A DNA stretch of 39,311 nucleotides from Octopus sinensis (GCF_006345805.1 NW_021835536.1:1-39311); one strand, 5' to 3'; counted from the first letter of the stretch, positions 11,878-23,233 are shown. Program-made: numbers and translations. Notes: generated by a model from the letters alone, not told the origin.

Positions 11878-13430
11878 CTGAAATAAATATTTCCAAGTTT
11901 TACATTTAAAAAGAAATTTCTGTATCTTTATTTTTATTAAACTCTATCTTGTTATTGTGAGACATTCAATTTCTGTCGTTAATGGTCAAATGTTGACCAT
12001 TATGGTTTTGGTCAATATTTCTGTACTTACTTTCTACAGTGGTCCCATGTAATAGCCAATATGTCCACAATAAAAGAGACTAACATTTCTAAATCCACCC
12101 TCACTTCTCTCTCTCTCTCTCTCCCTCTCTCTTTAAAACACATTAAATATTCTAACAATGTTGCAATTATCTCATTTAATTAACACTTGATAAGAGTTTT
12201 CTCTTAGCATTGTCTTTCTTTTCTTATAACTGTGCCAAATCTATGGCATGGCACAGTCCTCTCATCTCTAGAATTCACTAATCAACATTCTTCTCTAATT
12301 AAGTAAAACGGAGGTCATAAAGATGTCCTTTATGTGCATACGCTCCATCCCACAGACAATCTGTCCCCTGAAAATCATCTCCACAACATGATCCCTAACA
12401 AGATATAAGATGTTAGGTGAGGGTACACGATGTCCCTATGACAAAATAAATTTACATTTCATACATACAAATGTAAGAGAGTTAATGAATTATAGCTTAT
12501 TAGTTATCATGATAATTGGGTATATATGTGATACAATGGCACTGTGCTTGACGGTGCAATACTAGATATCAATATAGATTGTATATAATCTGAGTAAAGA
12601 ACATATAGCCTTCATTACTATGAATATGATTGTGTCTCAGCACAGCTAATATTATGTATGTAGTCCATGAGCAAACGAAGAAAGATATAACCAGTCCACT
12701 GCCAATACTAATGATTAATTCATTTCCTGGTCAAATAACAATGACTATCTTTCATTAAATAATTTGAACGCAACAATCAAGACCAAAGGGTGAAACACTC
12801 AGAAAACTGTGCCTCTTTTAGCATTAATATCATCTAAAATCTAACAAGTGTGAGAAAAAGAATGACTATATGGATGGTAAATGTTGTTCAAACAATGTAA
12901 TAAGTGTATATTATATATAGTTACAAACAAGGATTTGTGAGTTCAAGTCACACAGGGAACTCATATTTAATTCCTATCTTTATATCTTATGTCAACACCA
13001 ATGTTTTGTTTAAATGCAAACAGATGTTCACCGTTCAATACTAAATTTAATATTTAATCAACGTTAATGATCATTATACTTATAATCTTAGAGATTTGAT
13101 TTTTAATTTCTTTAATTTATAACAAAGTTATTCTGACCTGAGACATTCAGGGTACGTACCTAAACAACATATCCTGACAGACATCTGGCTACATAACAAT
13201 AACAACAACAATAACCTATGAGAAAACTTAGGAAAGACCTTAGTAGTAAAAGAAACAAAATCTTTCTCGTTAACTCACCTGTTTACAAATAAACAACAAA
13301 ATGTTTTAGTTCTCTGTCCTAAAAGACATCATTAACTCTATTATGTCTTCTTATTTATCCATTTTACCAACCACGTTAACCTTGATTTTATGAAATTTCA
13401 GTGGAATATTTAATAGAATCCTTTTTACAG

Positions 13431-14032
13431 CTAATGCGGAAACTAGGGATTGACGAGCGATTATAAGAGTTGAAGAGGCCCTGTAGTAAGGTGAGGATCG
13501 GCAATGAGTATAGTGAAGAATTCCGGATAGAAGTAGGAGTTCACTAGGGATCATTCCTAAACCCCTCGTTTTCATCATAGTCCACCAGGCAATAAGAGAA
13601 ATGACAAATCAAAAGCAATTCAAGATCGAAATCAAAATGGAAATTGGAGTTGTGACCGATGCCAGTGCCGCCTGACTGACACCCGTGCCGATGACACGTA
13701 TAAGTACCATTCAAGCGTGGTTTGTTACCATTCCGCCTGACTGGTTCCCTGTGCAGGTGGTACGTAAAAAGCACCATCCGAATGTGGTCGATGCCAGCCC
13801 CCACACCGGCTGGCTCCTGTGTCGGTGGCACGTAAAAGGCACCCACCACACTCTCGGAGTGGTTGGCATTAGGAATGGCATACATATGTGGAAACCTTGC
13901 CAGATCACATTGGAGCCTGGCGCAGCCTACTGCCTTGCCAGTGAAATCGTCCGACCCATGCTACTATAAAACGGACGTTAAACGATGATGATGAGGAGGA
14001 GAATGATAATGATGTGATGATGATGATGATGA
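13431..14032 (+). mobile_element. RTE LINE remnant (RT fragment + 3' UTR), unit A4
   Basis: Homologous to 794-1379, with a somewhat more diverged 3' UTR modules and tail. Confidence 0.85.
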
Positions 14033-14281
14033 GTTCCGTGACCAAATGACAAAATTAACTCTATTGTGTCTTCTAATTTGAACATTATTACCAACAGCAT
14101 TAACCTCAATGGGTCTTTCATAAACTCTCAGTAAATCGATATCTTTAATTCAATTATTATACAGATAATCGTTCAATTGGAAAATAGGAATGGAAGCTGT
14201 TTCCAGTTATTCTTTCGCACAATATACTCGGGGGAAGAAAACCTTACAGAAATCAATTGGGAACTATTATTTTATACTCAC

Positions 14282-14359
14282 CAATTGCCTGAGATGCAGC
14301 CCCTAATTCCTGACATATAGCCTCTGTTTGTACACACCTGTCTTCAAACTTTGGAGCCT
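14282..14359 (-). CDS. 78-nt symmetric phase-1 exon, first array copy in transcription order (APKFEDRCVQTEAICQELGAASQAI)
   Basis: AG/GT intact, 78 nt, open frame. Confidence 0.62.
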
Positions 14360-15457
14360 CTGAAATAAATATTTCCAAGTTTTACATTTAATAATAAAAT
14401 TTCTTTATCTTTATTTTTATTAAACTCTATCTTTTTATTGTGAGACATTCAATTCCTGTCGTTAATGGTCAAATGTTGACCACTATGGTTTTGGTCAATA
14501 TTTCTGTACTTTCTACAGTGGTCCCATGTAGTAGCTCAATATGTCCACAATAAAACAGACTAACATTTCTAAATCCACCCTCTCCCCCCCTCTCTCTCTC
14601 TCTCTCTCTTTCTCTAAAAACACATTAAATATTCTAATAATGTTGCAATTATCTCATTTAATTAACACTTGATGACAGTTTTCTCTTAGCATTGTCTTTC
14701 TTTTCTTATAACTGCCAAATCTATGGCATGGCACTGTCCTCTCATATCTAGAATTCACTAATCAACGTTCCTCTCTAATTAAGTAAAACTGCACCCATAA
14801 AGACATGTCCTTTATATGCATACCCTCCAACCCGCACACAATCTGTCCCCTAAAAAACATCTCCACAAGCCAAATTCCATACACCCTTCCCCAACATGAT
14901 CCCTAACAAGATATAAAATGTAATGTGAGGGTACACAATGTTCCTATGACAAAATATGTTAACATTTCATACATACAAATGTAAGAGAGTTAATGAATTA
15001 TAGCTTATTAATTATCATGATAATTGGGTATATATGTGATACAATAGCACTGTGCTTGACGGTACAATACTAGATATCAATATAGATTGTATATAATCTG
15101 AGTAAAGAACATATAACCTTCATTACTATGAATATGATTGTGTCTCAGCACAGCTAATATTATGGTAGTTCCATGAGCAAACGAAGAAAGATATAACCAA
15201 GTCCACTGCCAAATACTAATGATTAATTCATTTCCTGGTCAAATAACAATGACTATCTTTCATTAAATAATTTGAACGCAACAATCAAGACCAAAGGGTG
15301 AAACACTCAGAAAACCGTGCCTCTTTTAGCATTAATATCATCTAAAATCTAACAAGAGTGAGAAAAAGAATGACTATATGGATGGTAAATGTTGTTCAAA
15401 CAATGTAATAAGTGTATATTATATATAGTTACAAAGAAGGATTTGTGTATTCAAGTC

Positions 15458-16380
15458 AAATTCAATTTCTGATTGTATATTTTGTATAAACACCAATAAT
15501 TTGTTTAAATATAAACAGATGTTCATGGTTCAATATTTAATTTAACATTTAATAAAATTAAGTTCATGATGAATATTCTTATACAGAGTTAACATTTAAT
15601 TAGAATTTTCTAATTTACAACTACAAAATGTATTCTAACCAGAGACATTGAGGGTACACAACCCCAGAAAATACAAAATATTACGACAGACATCTGGCTA
15701 CATAACAACATCAAGAATAACCTATCAGAAAACTTACGAAAAATCTTAGTAGAAAAACAAACAACTATTTTATTAACTCACGAGTTTACACCTAAAAAAC
15801 ATAAATTATAGTTCCATAGAAGACAATATTAACTCTATTGTGGCTTTTAATTTATCCATTTTACCAAACATGTTAAACATGACTTTATGAAATTTCAGTA
15901 ATATTTTTAATACAATTACTTTAGAGCTAAACTTTCAAATGGAAATTAGAAATGGGATCTGTTCTCCACCATTCTAATAAGCAAAATAGCTTAGGTGAAT
16001 GTAAAATCTATAGAAATTAATTAAGATCTCTAATTTTAAACTCATCAACTGTCTCTGCCACAGTCTGCATTCCCTTCTCTTCAAACTTTGGACTCTCTGA
16101 AATATGTGTTTCCAAGTTTTATAGTTATTTATAGCACAATTTCTTCATATTTATTAATAATCTATATTTTATTATTGAGAGACATTCATATCATCAATGG
16201 CCAACCAGCGATCATAATGCTTTTGGTCAATTTTTATACTTTCAACAGTGGACCCATGTAATAGCCAATATTTAGCTCCAATACGACTCTAGTTGATCTT
16301 TGTAAATTTCCTCTTTCTGTTAAGATATCCTACATAATCTAACAATGCTGTAATTATATCACATAATAACAGTTAATCTG
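15458..16380. repeat. Diverged paralogous copy of the array unit lacking the RTE and Tc1 insertions
   Basis: Colinear with unit positions ~330-2000 but visibly much more diverged. Keeps GACAGACATCTGGCTACATAACAAC, TTAACTCAC and the exon acceptor region. No LINE insert at ~15925. Confidence 0.88.
16046..16096 (-). CDS. Post-RING exon, 51-nt paralogue of the 78-nt exon ((E)SPKFEEKGMQTVAETV); donor reads AT instead of GT, read-through stops at TAA 16017-16019
   Basis: ATATTTCAG acceptor, phase 1 matching the RING exon. Aligned donor position is GTTG|ATGAGT versus ATTG|GTGAGT in the array copies. Confidence 0.68.
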
Positions 16381-17175
16381 TAGGTTTTGGTTTCCTTGCT
16401 TATATCTATGACCCTAAATGTATTCTCAAAACCCTGATCTTCACTAACAACCTGTTTAATTCCAGTGTCAACATATTTATTCATCAAAGATATAACAACA
16501 AACACATGTCACAACCACTTCAAGAAGGTAATACATACACCTAATCTTTTTGTTAAACATTGTTGCTGATAATCCCTAATTTTAACTTCACAGTTCACCA
16601 GAATGTCACCTCATTCAGGATATATTTGAAGGTTTCATGATCTGGTTGCTTGACAAACAAAACTGTCTCTATTAGCCTTAATATCCTCCAATTACAAACA
16701 TAACAACATGGAATTGTGTGTTAAAGTCTCTCAAACTAGTGACATATAATTTTACTCCTTTAAAATATTCTACTAATTTTAATACTTTACCAAAGATGAC
16801 ACTGATGTCCTTGTAAGTACTGTTGTATTTAATTATCTTCTAATAACTCATAATTAATTATAGAGTTGATGGAGATTTATTGATACTTCAGTTACTCACT
16901 AAGTATCTTGCAGAATCCTCCATTATTTTTATGTTGCAGACTACAACCCTCTTGAAGTGTGACATGTTTCCTACTTGGATAAAATCAATGTTTAGTGGAT
17001 GTAGTGTGAGAGATATACTATTACAGAGAACAGACACTAGGAACACCTTTTATCATAAATCTGCCAGATTATGGCAGACCTCTGTCTACATAACAACATG
17101 AAGTATATTATTCTACACAATAAGGGCAATGGGACAAGCAGGACAAACAGACAGATCAGCAAAGAATATTCTTAC

Positions 17176-17315
17176 CAACTCGACCTCTGCTTGTTACAGG
17201 TTTCAAACACCTCAGGCATCGTTTAAGTGGAACGTTTGAACATTCTTCACATGTCAGAAGGTGTTCACAGGGATGAACTTTTGTTGTGGCCTCTTTATTT
17301 CTGCACAACAAACAT
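17176..17315 (-). CDS. RING-HC finger exon (CLLCRNKEATTKVHPCEHLLTCEECSNVPLKRCLRCLKPVTSRGRV)
   Basis: C-x2-C...PC-x-H-x3-C-x2-C...C-x2-C spacing of the IAP/Mind bomb type; TTTTGTCCACAG acceptor and G|GTAAG donor; 140 nt, phase 2 to phase 1. Confidence 0.93.
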
Positions 17316-17774
17316 CTGTGGACAAAACAGAAACATCCAATCAATAACATTCATTTATAATAAATATTATATTATTTACATGTTCGGAATAGAGAATATT
17401 ATAAGATACATCAGTAACTACCAAGAGTAGAGCAGAAACTCTTCTTTAAACAATTACATACATACAGATATTTTTGTAGTTAAATGGCATGCTCACACAC
17501 ACACACACATACATACATACACACACATGCATACATACATTGATAAATGTTTGTCTTGACCCTGATACATCATAGAAATTGGTTGACACACAGTGAACTG
17601 CATATATTCCAGAAATATATTTCACTTCTAACATCGAACTCATTTCTTCTGAACAAATATATCTACAGAGGTTTCTTTATATACACATACTTTATTATAT
17701 ACATCCTGTCTCCACAGATTAGCAGATGAGGTATCCAGTACTGAAGAGTGGCAGGAATAGCCCGAAACCAGACC

Positions 17775-17930
17775 TGGTCTGCTGGTTCTGTTGCTATAAG
17801 ATGGTAGGGGTTCGATTCCCTGCTCGCAATTAATCGGATGCACCTTTGCATTGTTAATTAGCTAGAGGAGGTGTTCTCTTGGGGTTAAACATTCGCAGTA
17901 GAGTCCATCCGAACAGATACTCATGTTGGC
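17775..17930 (+). mobile_element. Possible tRNA-derived SINE remnant
   Basis: B-box-like GGTTCGATTCC at 17809-17819 and a weak A-box-like TGGTCTGCTGG at 17775-17785; spacing is shorter than in tRNAs. Confidence 0.3.
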
Positions 17931-17959
17931 GTGCCTACGAATATTACTTATATATTTTT

Positions 17960-18018
17960 TCGTCCAGCCCGTGCTAGCACGGAAAACGGATGTTAAACGA
18001 TGATGATGATGATGATGA
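17960..18018 (+). mobile_element. Extreme 3' tail of the RTE-related element
   Basis: CGTCCAGCCCGTGCTAGCACGGAAAACGGATGTTAAACGATGATGAT matches the tails of the RTE copies in the array. Confidence 0.8.
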
Positions 18019-18025
18019 TATATCT

Positions 18026-18065
<40 letters not shown>

Positions 18066-19413
18066 CATGATAGGTTTCGGCCAGTATTAGCGCAGGTCAT
18101 GTTTAACGTAATCCCACTACCGGGCGAATCAGGATGCGGACAATATGACCCACTCGAGGAGAGAGTTGCTGTTTACGGGGACATATCCTGGTGTTGGAGT
18201 TTTATCCGGGATTTCTTGAAGGATTTTTCCAAATACTTCTTGAACTTTATGGGTGTCTTTTTCTGCTTTAATGTATTTTGGTGTAATGCTAAATGGAGCG
18301 GGGCCACTTGAGGTGAAATAATTTTGCCGTATTGTTGTTATGTGATGCGAGTTTGATTTATGTTGTGGGCAGATAATACGGGGCCCAGGCCTTGGGTATA
18401 TCTTAAAGCTGATGCCAACATCATTTGGGCAATGCTGATGAGATATTTTCCACCATGATTTTGGGAGGCTTTATTATATGTATCGTGCATGTAGTTCTAG
18501 TTTTCTGTCCCTTATTTTGCCCCTTTCCAATAATATCAGCTGCGCTCTGTAGACATATTATTATTATTATCGTTATTATTATTATTATTATTATTAAAAC
18601 ATTCACATAAACGATTATTTGTAAAAGCAAATAAAATCTTCTGAAGCGTGTCAATTGAATAAAGCAGAACAATATTTATACAGTCCAAAAATCAATATCT
18701 ATAAACAATATCTGAATTTCAACAAAGAAAGTTTTGTATATTCACCGAGGGGCAAATGTGTCTGCTTCTTAAGTAGCTCATACAGAGAGATGTATGGCAA
18801 AGAAATTGCCAAATCTTATAAAATAAGGGAGTCAAAGGCGACTAAAGCACCTAGTAATGCTATATGTGTTACTTGAATTATTTACGTTTCCTGACAGCTT
18901 TTTTTTTCTATGAAGATATGTGGCAATATTCCATCAGTATTTGCAGAAATATAATATATACACTGTTGGTGTGTGTTTGTAGGTTTTTTTCTATGAAATC
19001 ATTCGTAATATTGACTGATTCGGACTTAGAAGAGTGAGAAAAAGATGTTGGTAGACAGATAAATTCCACTTAATTCTAAGTAACAGTTTCAAAATGGAAT
19101 TCATTCACTTCATTATTTAGATCTATATTTTCCTATTGATCACAAATCTTTAAAATAGGGAACGAAGAGGGGTAGGTGGTGATGGACAGTGAAGTATAAC
19201 TGGCAACACTACGAATCATGTGAATGTAATCAAAATCGTGTTCTTTCTTTGATCTCCTGAGAACTGCATATTGTTTATGTGTGGCCTTTGACAAAAACAC
19301 TAGCGACAGTATAACGTATTGGTAGAATTAAAACGAAATAAACATATAAACATGATTATATACAAAATAGAAAATGTACTGGTTTATCTGTTCCATTGCC
19401 AGGAAATACTTAC

Positions 19414-19589
19414 TGTGGTGGTAAAAATGCTTCTAATTTTCTTCTCAAATTTGGGTCCTTAATGAGGTCCAATGGTGTGTTATTGTTGTTGTTTTTATGG
19501 TGAAAGTCCGCTCCCTGGCTGGCGAGATATCTCGCAACCACTATACCAGAGAGTATTTCCTTCTTTTTCAGGTTAAGGGCAGTACAGCA
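19414..19589 (-). CDS. Exon with a degenerate ankyrin-like repeat linking ANK to RING (CCTALNLKKKEILSGIVVARYLASQGADFHHKNNNNNTPLDLIKDPNLRRKLEAFLPP)
   Basis: TTTGTAG acceptor, CA|GTAAGT donor, 176 nt open; YLASQGAD...TPLDL is ankyrin-like; the phase-2 end joins the RING exon (CA+A = Gln). Confidence 0.9.
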
Positions 19590-20131
19590 CTACAAATGAT
19601 GAAATATAAAATGATGACAATATTACAGAAATATTCAAAACAAATGCCCCTAATTACACAAAAGTTCATCTAAATTTACTCATAGCTTGTTTATCCACTA
19701 ATTAAAGCAATTACAAAGTATTGAGTTCCTACATAATCTTTAATTGAGTCCATTTTCTATTTTTATGTTTTTACTTTATTTTCAACACTGAGACACCCTC
19801 TAAATATATTGTCATTACATTGAGCAGGACAAACCGTATTGATTAACATCAAGCTTATTAATGAGTAAATATATACTTGTCAATCACAAATATCACAATA
19901 TATTCAGTAGAAAAGTTAAATATAGGAAGAACAAACCAACAAGAACCTATCTATATAATTGGCTTGATAAAGGCGACCATGTGGCCATAAGAAAGAGTAT
20001 TGTATATATAAATATAACACAACATGAGAAGAAAGAACATAAGTTATATCAGAAACAAGAACACCTATAACATAACAAAGTCAATACCACACAGACATGA
20101 CCAAACATATCAATAATGTTTCCATAATTAA

Positions 20132-20365
20132 GCAAGAAGCATCTTTGAATGATGGCGGTAAAGTAAAGGAAGCAGGAATTAGTGTCAAGTCAGAAGAGTA
20201 ATGGAAGAGTATTTTTAATCACGGACAAGTGAATTTTGGAAGAGGTGACTTGCAAGTCTACCAGATAGATGGAAGAGCATTGTAGAAGATGAAGGAGAAT
20301 ATGTTTTAGATTAACAGAAAAATATAAGGATTATAAAAAACTGCTTCATTTATGAGATGACAGCA
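20132..20365 (+). mobile_element. mariner-family transposase C-terminal remnant and probable right end
   Basis: Reads EEYF*SRTSEFWKR*LASLPDRWKSIVEDEGEYVLD*, matching the mariner C-terminal pattern (..GI..L..RW..V...G.Y). Confidence 0.75.
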
Positions 20366-20479
20366 AAAAGTCCAGAAGTATTGAAGTCCATACTGTTGAT
20401 GACATCAGATAGCCGAATACAGTAAACGGGCTTTAAACAGCATTTTACAAGATATATACTCAAACTCAAAATCATTACT

Positions 20480-20514
20480 TGTGTGTGTTTGTCTGTGTGA
20501 GTGTGTGTGTGTGT

Positions 20515-20593
<79 letters not shown>

Positions 20594-20605
20594 TGTGTGT
20601 GTGTG
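20480..20605. repeat. (TG)n microsatellite
   Basis: Direct reading. Confidence 0.98.
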
Positions 20606-21242
20606 CCTAAGTACAGAACTTAAATACTGGAAAACTCACTAAGGACCATGCTTTATTGCATTTATCCTCTAGTGTCTTAACATTGAACAATGTTATGACA
20701 TGTCCACAAAAGTCAGTGGATTCATGTCGTATATAAGAAGTAGGATAGAGAGCAGTTTCACTCAGAATTCTTCATAGAATGGACTGGATGTCTTTACCAT
20801 GGCACCAGCACTATAAAGCTCAGACATCTCTTCTATCCTGCATCATTGTTAATTGAGAATAATATCTCCTCTATTAAATAGGCCACTTCTCCGTCACATT
20901 GTGATGGCTGTGTTTATATGGCCAACAACCGAGATGGGTCACCTCTCGACCGTGGTGAGACGACATCTTTGAGAGTGAAAGGAGATGGAATATTGTTTGT
21001 TACATAATATCACTCGGGTCATAAGGGGAGACTGGATTACGGAATGGTAATGGAGGATGGGGTTGATAGGGGAGATTGATACATGACAAGCAAAGTTTGT
21101 CTGTCTGCCTGTCTCTCTCTCTCACACTCCCACAAAGACTCCCAAATATACAAAATCACACAGACACACACACACTCACACACACAGACACACACACACA
21201 GACACACACGCATGTATATACACAAACAATTTTAAAACTTAC

Positions 21243-21442
21243 TTCGTTTAGTTTAAATCCAAGGGTGCACCCTGGAATTAAAAATGTTTTGTTGCCATGG
21301 CTAGGTGCAAACAACTGTTACCTTCACCATCAACAGCATTTACATTTGCACCCAGGGCTATTAACAGGTGTGTCATTCCGAGGTGACCCTGGGAAACGGC
21401 TTCAAGCAATGGTGTCCTTTCCATTTTGTTCTTAATGTCCAA
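21243..21442 (-). pseudogene. Ankyrin-repeat exon with lesions (LDIKNKMERTPLLEAVSQGHLGMTHLLIALGANVNAVDGEGNSCLHLAMATKHF*)
   Basis: Clear ANK motifs (TPLLEAVSQGH, LIALGANVNAVDGEGNSCLHLA); CTTCAG acceptor and GAA|GTAAGT donor. Length 200 nt is not a multiple of 3 and there are two in-frame TAA near the 3' end: real decay or consensus error. Confidence 0.85.
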
Positions 21443-22069
21443 CTGAAGTGAACCCTTTGTGGAAGTAAAAATAGAAAATGAAAATTTACATGAAAATCAG
21501 GATGGATATGAATGTGTCATTATTGTCTTCTACTGTATACTTGATCAAACTGATCATGTACATTTGATGTTTGTCCGTAAAATCAACCTTCGTAAGATCC
21601 TCTAGATGTTGCTATGAGAATGTGTTCTTGACAGGATAAAGATGTCCTAAATAGATTGTTTCAGCTTAATCTACCTTTCTTCCTAACTATAGTAAGTTTT
21701 AGGGGAGCTGAACACGAGTGAACACATGATTAACAGATCAAGACTAGTAAAGAAGAATTGAAATTTCTAAAGTATACTTTTGATGTTGCTATAATTAATA
21801 AGAGGTTCATAAAACTGTTGAGGTGGTTAGTGTCCACCACCATGAAATTAATGCGCGTGCACACACACATACACAGAGACACACTCAAATATAATATATA
21901 TATATATATAATATATATAATATATATATATATGTATATATATAGTGAGAGAGAGAGAGAGAGAGGGAGAGATTTATATACATTACTGTTGGATATATAA
22001 ATATATATGTTGAATGAGGAATATGTAAAATGAAATTCACGAGAAACTTTATCCATCACAACCATTGGT

Positions 22070-22329
22070 TTGACCCATCTTGCATCGATTCCTTGCGGGT
22101 GGGAGAGTTCTCGGTGTCGCTTTGTATATTGTTGTTGTCAGTAGGTTCTTGGATTATAGCATTATAGCCAACAACCTCCTGGCAACAACATGCCAAGCGA
22201 AACCGAGAATATTTAGTGAGGTTTCTTCTGTAAAACAAGACACCAGATGAGATGCATCTGCACTGGAGGATGCAACACATCCGATTATACAGTATCCAAC
22301 CCACAAGCGTCCGATGCAAAATGGGTCAA
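22070..22329. mobile_element. 260-bp element with 18-bp terminal inverted repeats (MITE-like)
   Basis: TTGACCCATCTTGCATCG at the left end versus TTGACCCATTTTGCATCG (reverse complement) at the right end, 17/18 match; no clear TSD. Confidence 0.7.
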
Positions 22330-22442
22330 TACACCATTTCCCAATACCCCATTTGTAATAAAACTCAAAAAACCGTGAAATTCCTGAGGTAGACTAAATG
22401 ACAATTATATCACTACGTGTGTGTGTGTATGTGTGTGCAGAT

Positions 22443-22527
22443 ATACATACATACATACATACATACATACACACATATACATACATACATACATACATAC
22501 ATACATACATACATACATACATACATA
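22443..22527. repeat. (CATA)n microsatellite
   Basis: Direct reading. Confidence 0.97.
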
Positions 22528-22702
22528 GAGAAACTATGCATAGTTTAGCTGTCCAGCGGATGTTGACGTAAAGTGAAAAATAGAATATCTGGAAATAAAC
22601 TGAATAATGACATATCTGTGTATATATTTGTTTTGATTGTAGAAAAGATAAATCCGGAGAAGAAGCACACTCTAAGATGTAGAGCAGTGTATATTTTAAA
22701 AC

Positions 22703-23205
22703 TGGGGAAGGCCGGTTTCCGGGATTACCCTTGGTTTCCGGTCCAAAAAGGATTTAGCTTCATGGCGTATCATTAGACCCCAAAACCTGTTGGCCTAAGA
22801 CCTCTTCCAAATATGGAGGTTGGAAAAGCCCTACACCTCATACGCCTAATCCCGTCCAATAGCTTTTCCAGCTGCATACGGGTGTATAGTTCGTTGGATG
22901 ACGTGGGGATGTTATTGCTGGAGTATCCGAGGTCAAATTCTTTCATATTTATGGGAGACCCGTGGTTTCAGTGAATATGTAGAAACGCTTCAATGGTGAG
23001 GTATTTAATAGAAACCACATGGTCACTGGGATGATCTCTTGCCAGGGAGCTGAAAGGATCTTTTGCAGAAAACGTAAATCCAAGGCTTTTCCCCTTCCAT
23101 ATTTTGAAGAGGTCTTAGGCCAACAGGTTTTGGGGCCTTACGATCCGGTACAAAGCTAAACCCTTTATTGATGGGAAACCCAGGGTAATCCCATAAACCA
23201 CCCCA
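22703..23205. mobile_element. ~500-bp foldback/MITE-like element with ~120-bp imperfect inverted arms
   Basis: The left arm GGTTT..GGGATTACCCT..GGTTTCC...CCCCAAAACCTGTTGGCCTAAGACCTCTTC..AAATATGGA..GGAAAAGCC is mirrored at 23085-23205. Confidence 0.85.
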
Positions 23206-23233
23206 ATTCTTTTTATATACATTCATATATAAG

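Larger units (their letters stand above)
1..15457. repeat. Tandem array of six complete 2.1-3.0 kb units plus a partial seventh; higher-order period ~7.55 kb (A+Tc1, B, A)x2
   Basis: Anchor CACAGCTAATATTATG recurs at 11, 3036, 5112, 7556, 10576, 12641 and 15149. Units 1 and 4 carry the same Tc1 insertion; units 2 and 5 carry the same deletion/RTE configuration. High identity stops at ~15458. Confidence 0.97.

Noticed and set aside
16878-16965. Possible extra exon between RING and the 51-nt exon (…GATACTTA|GTGAGT)
   Set aside because: A donor-like site exists, but the phase-1 reading ends in phase 0, which does not fit the next exon, and the peptide is unrecognisable.
17775-17830. tRNA gene
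   Set aside because: Only a B-box-like motif; no cloverleaf can be built and the A-B spacing is too short.
18000-18672. Several short ORFs in moderately GC-rich sequence
   Set aside because: No recognisable domain; may be an old retroelement remnant but I cannot support a call.
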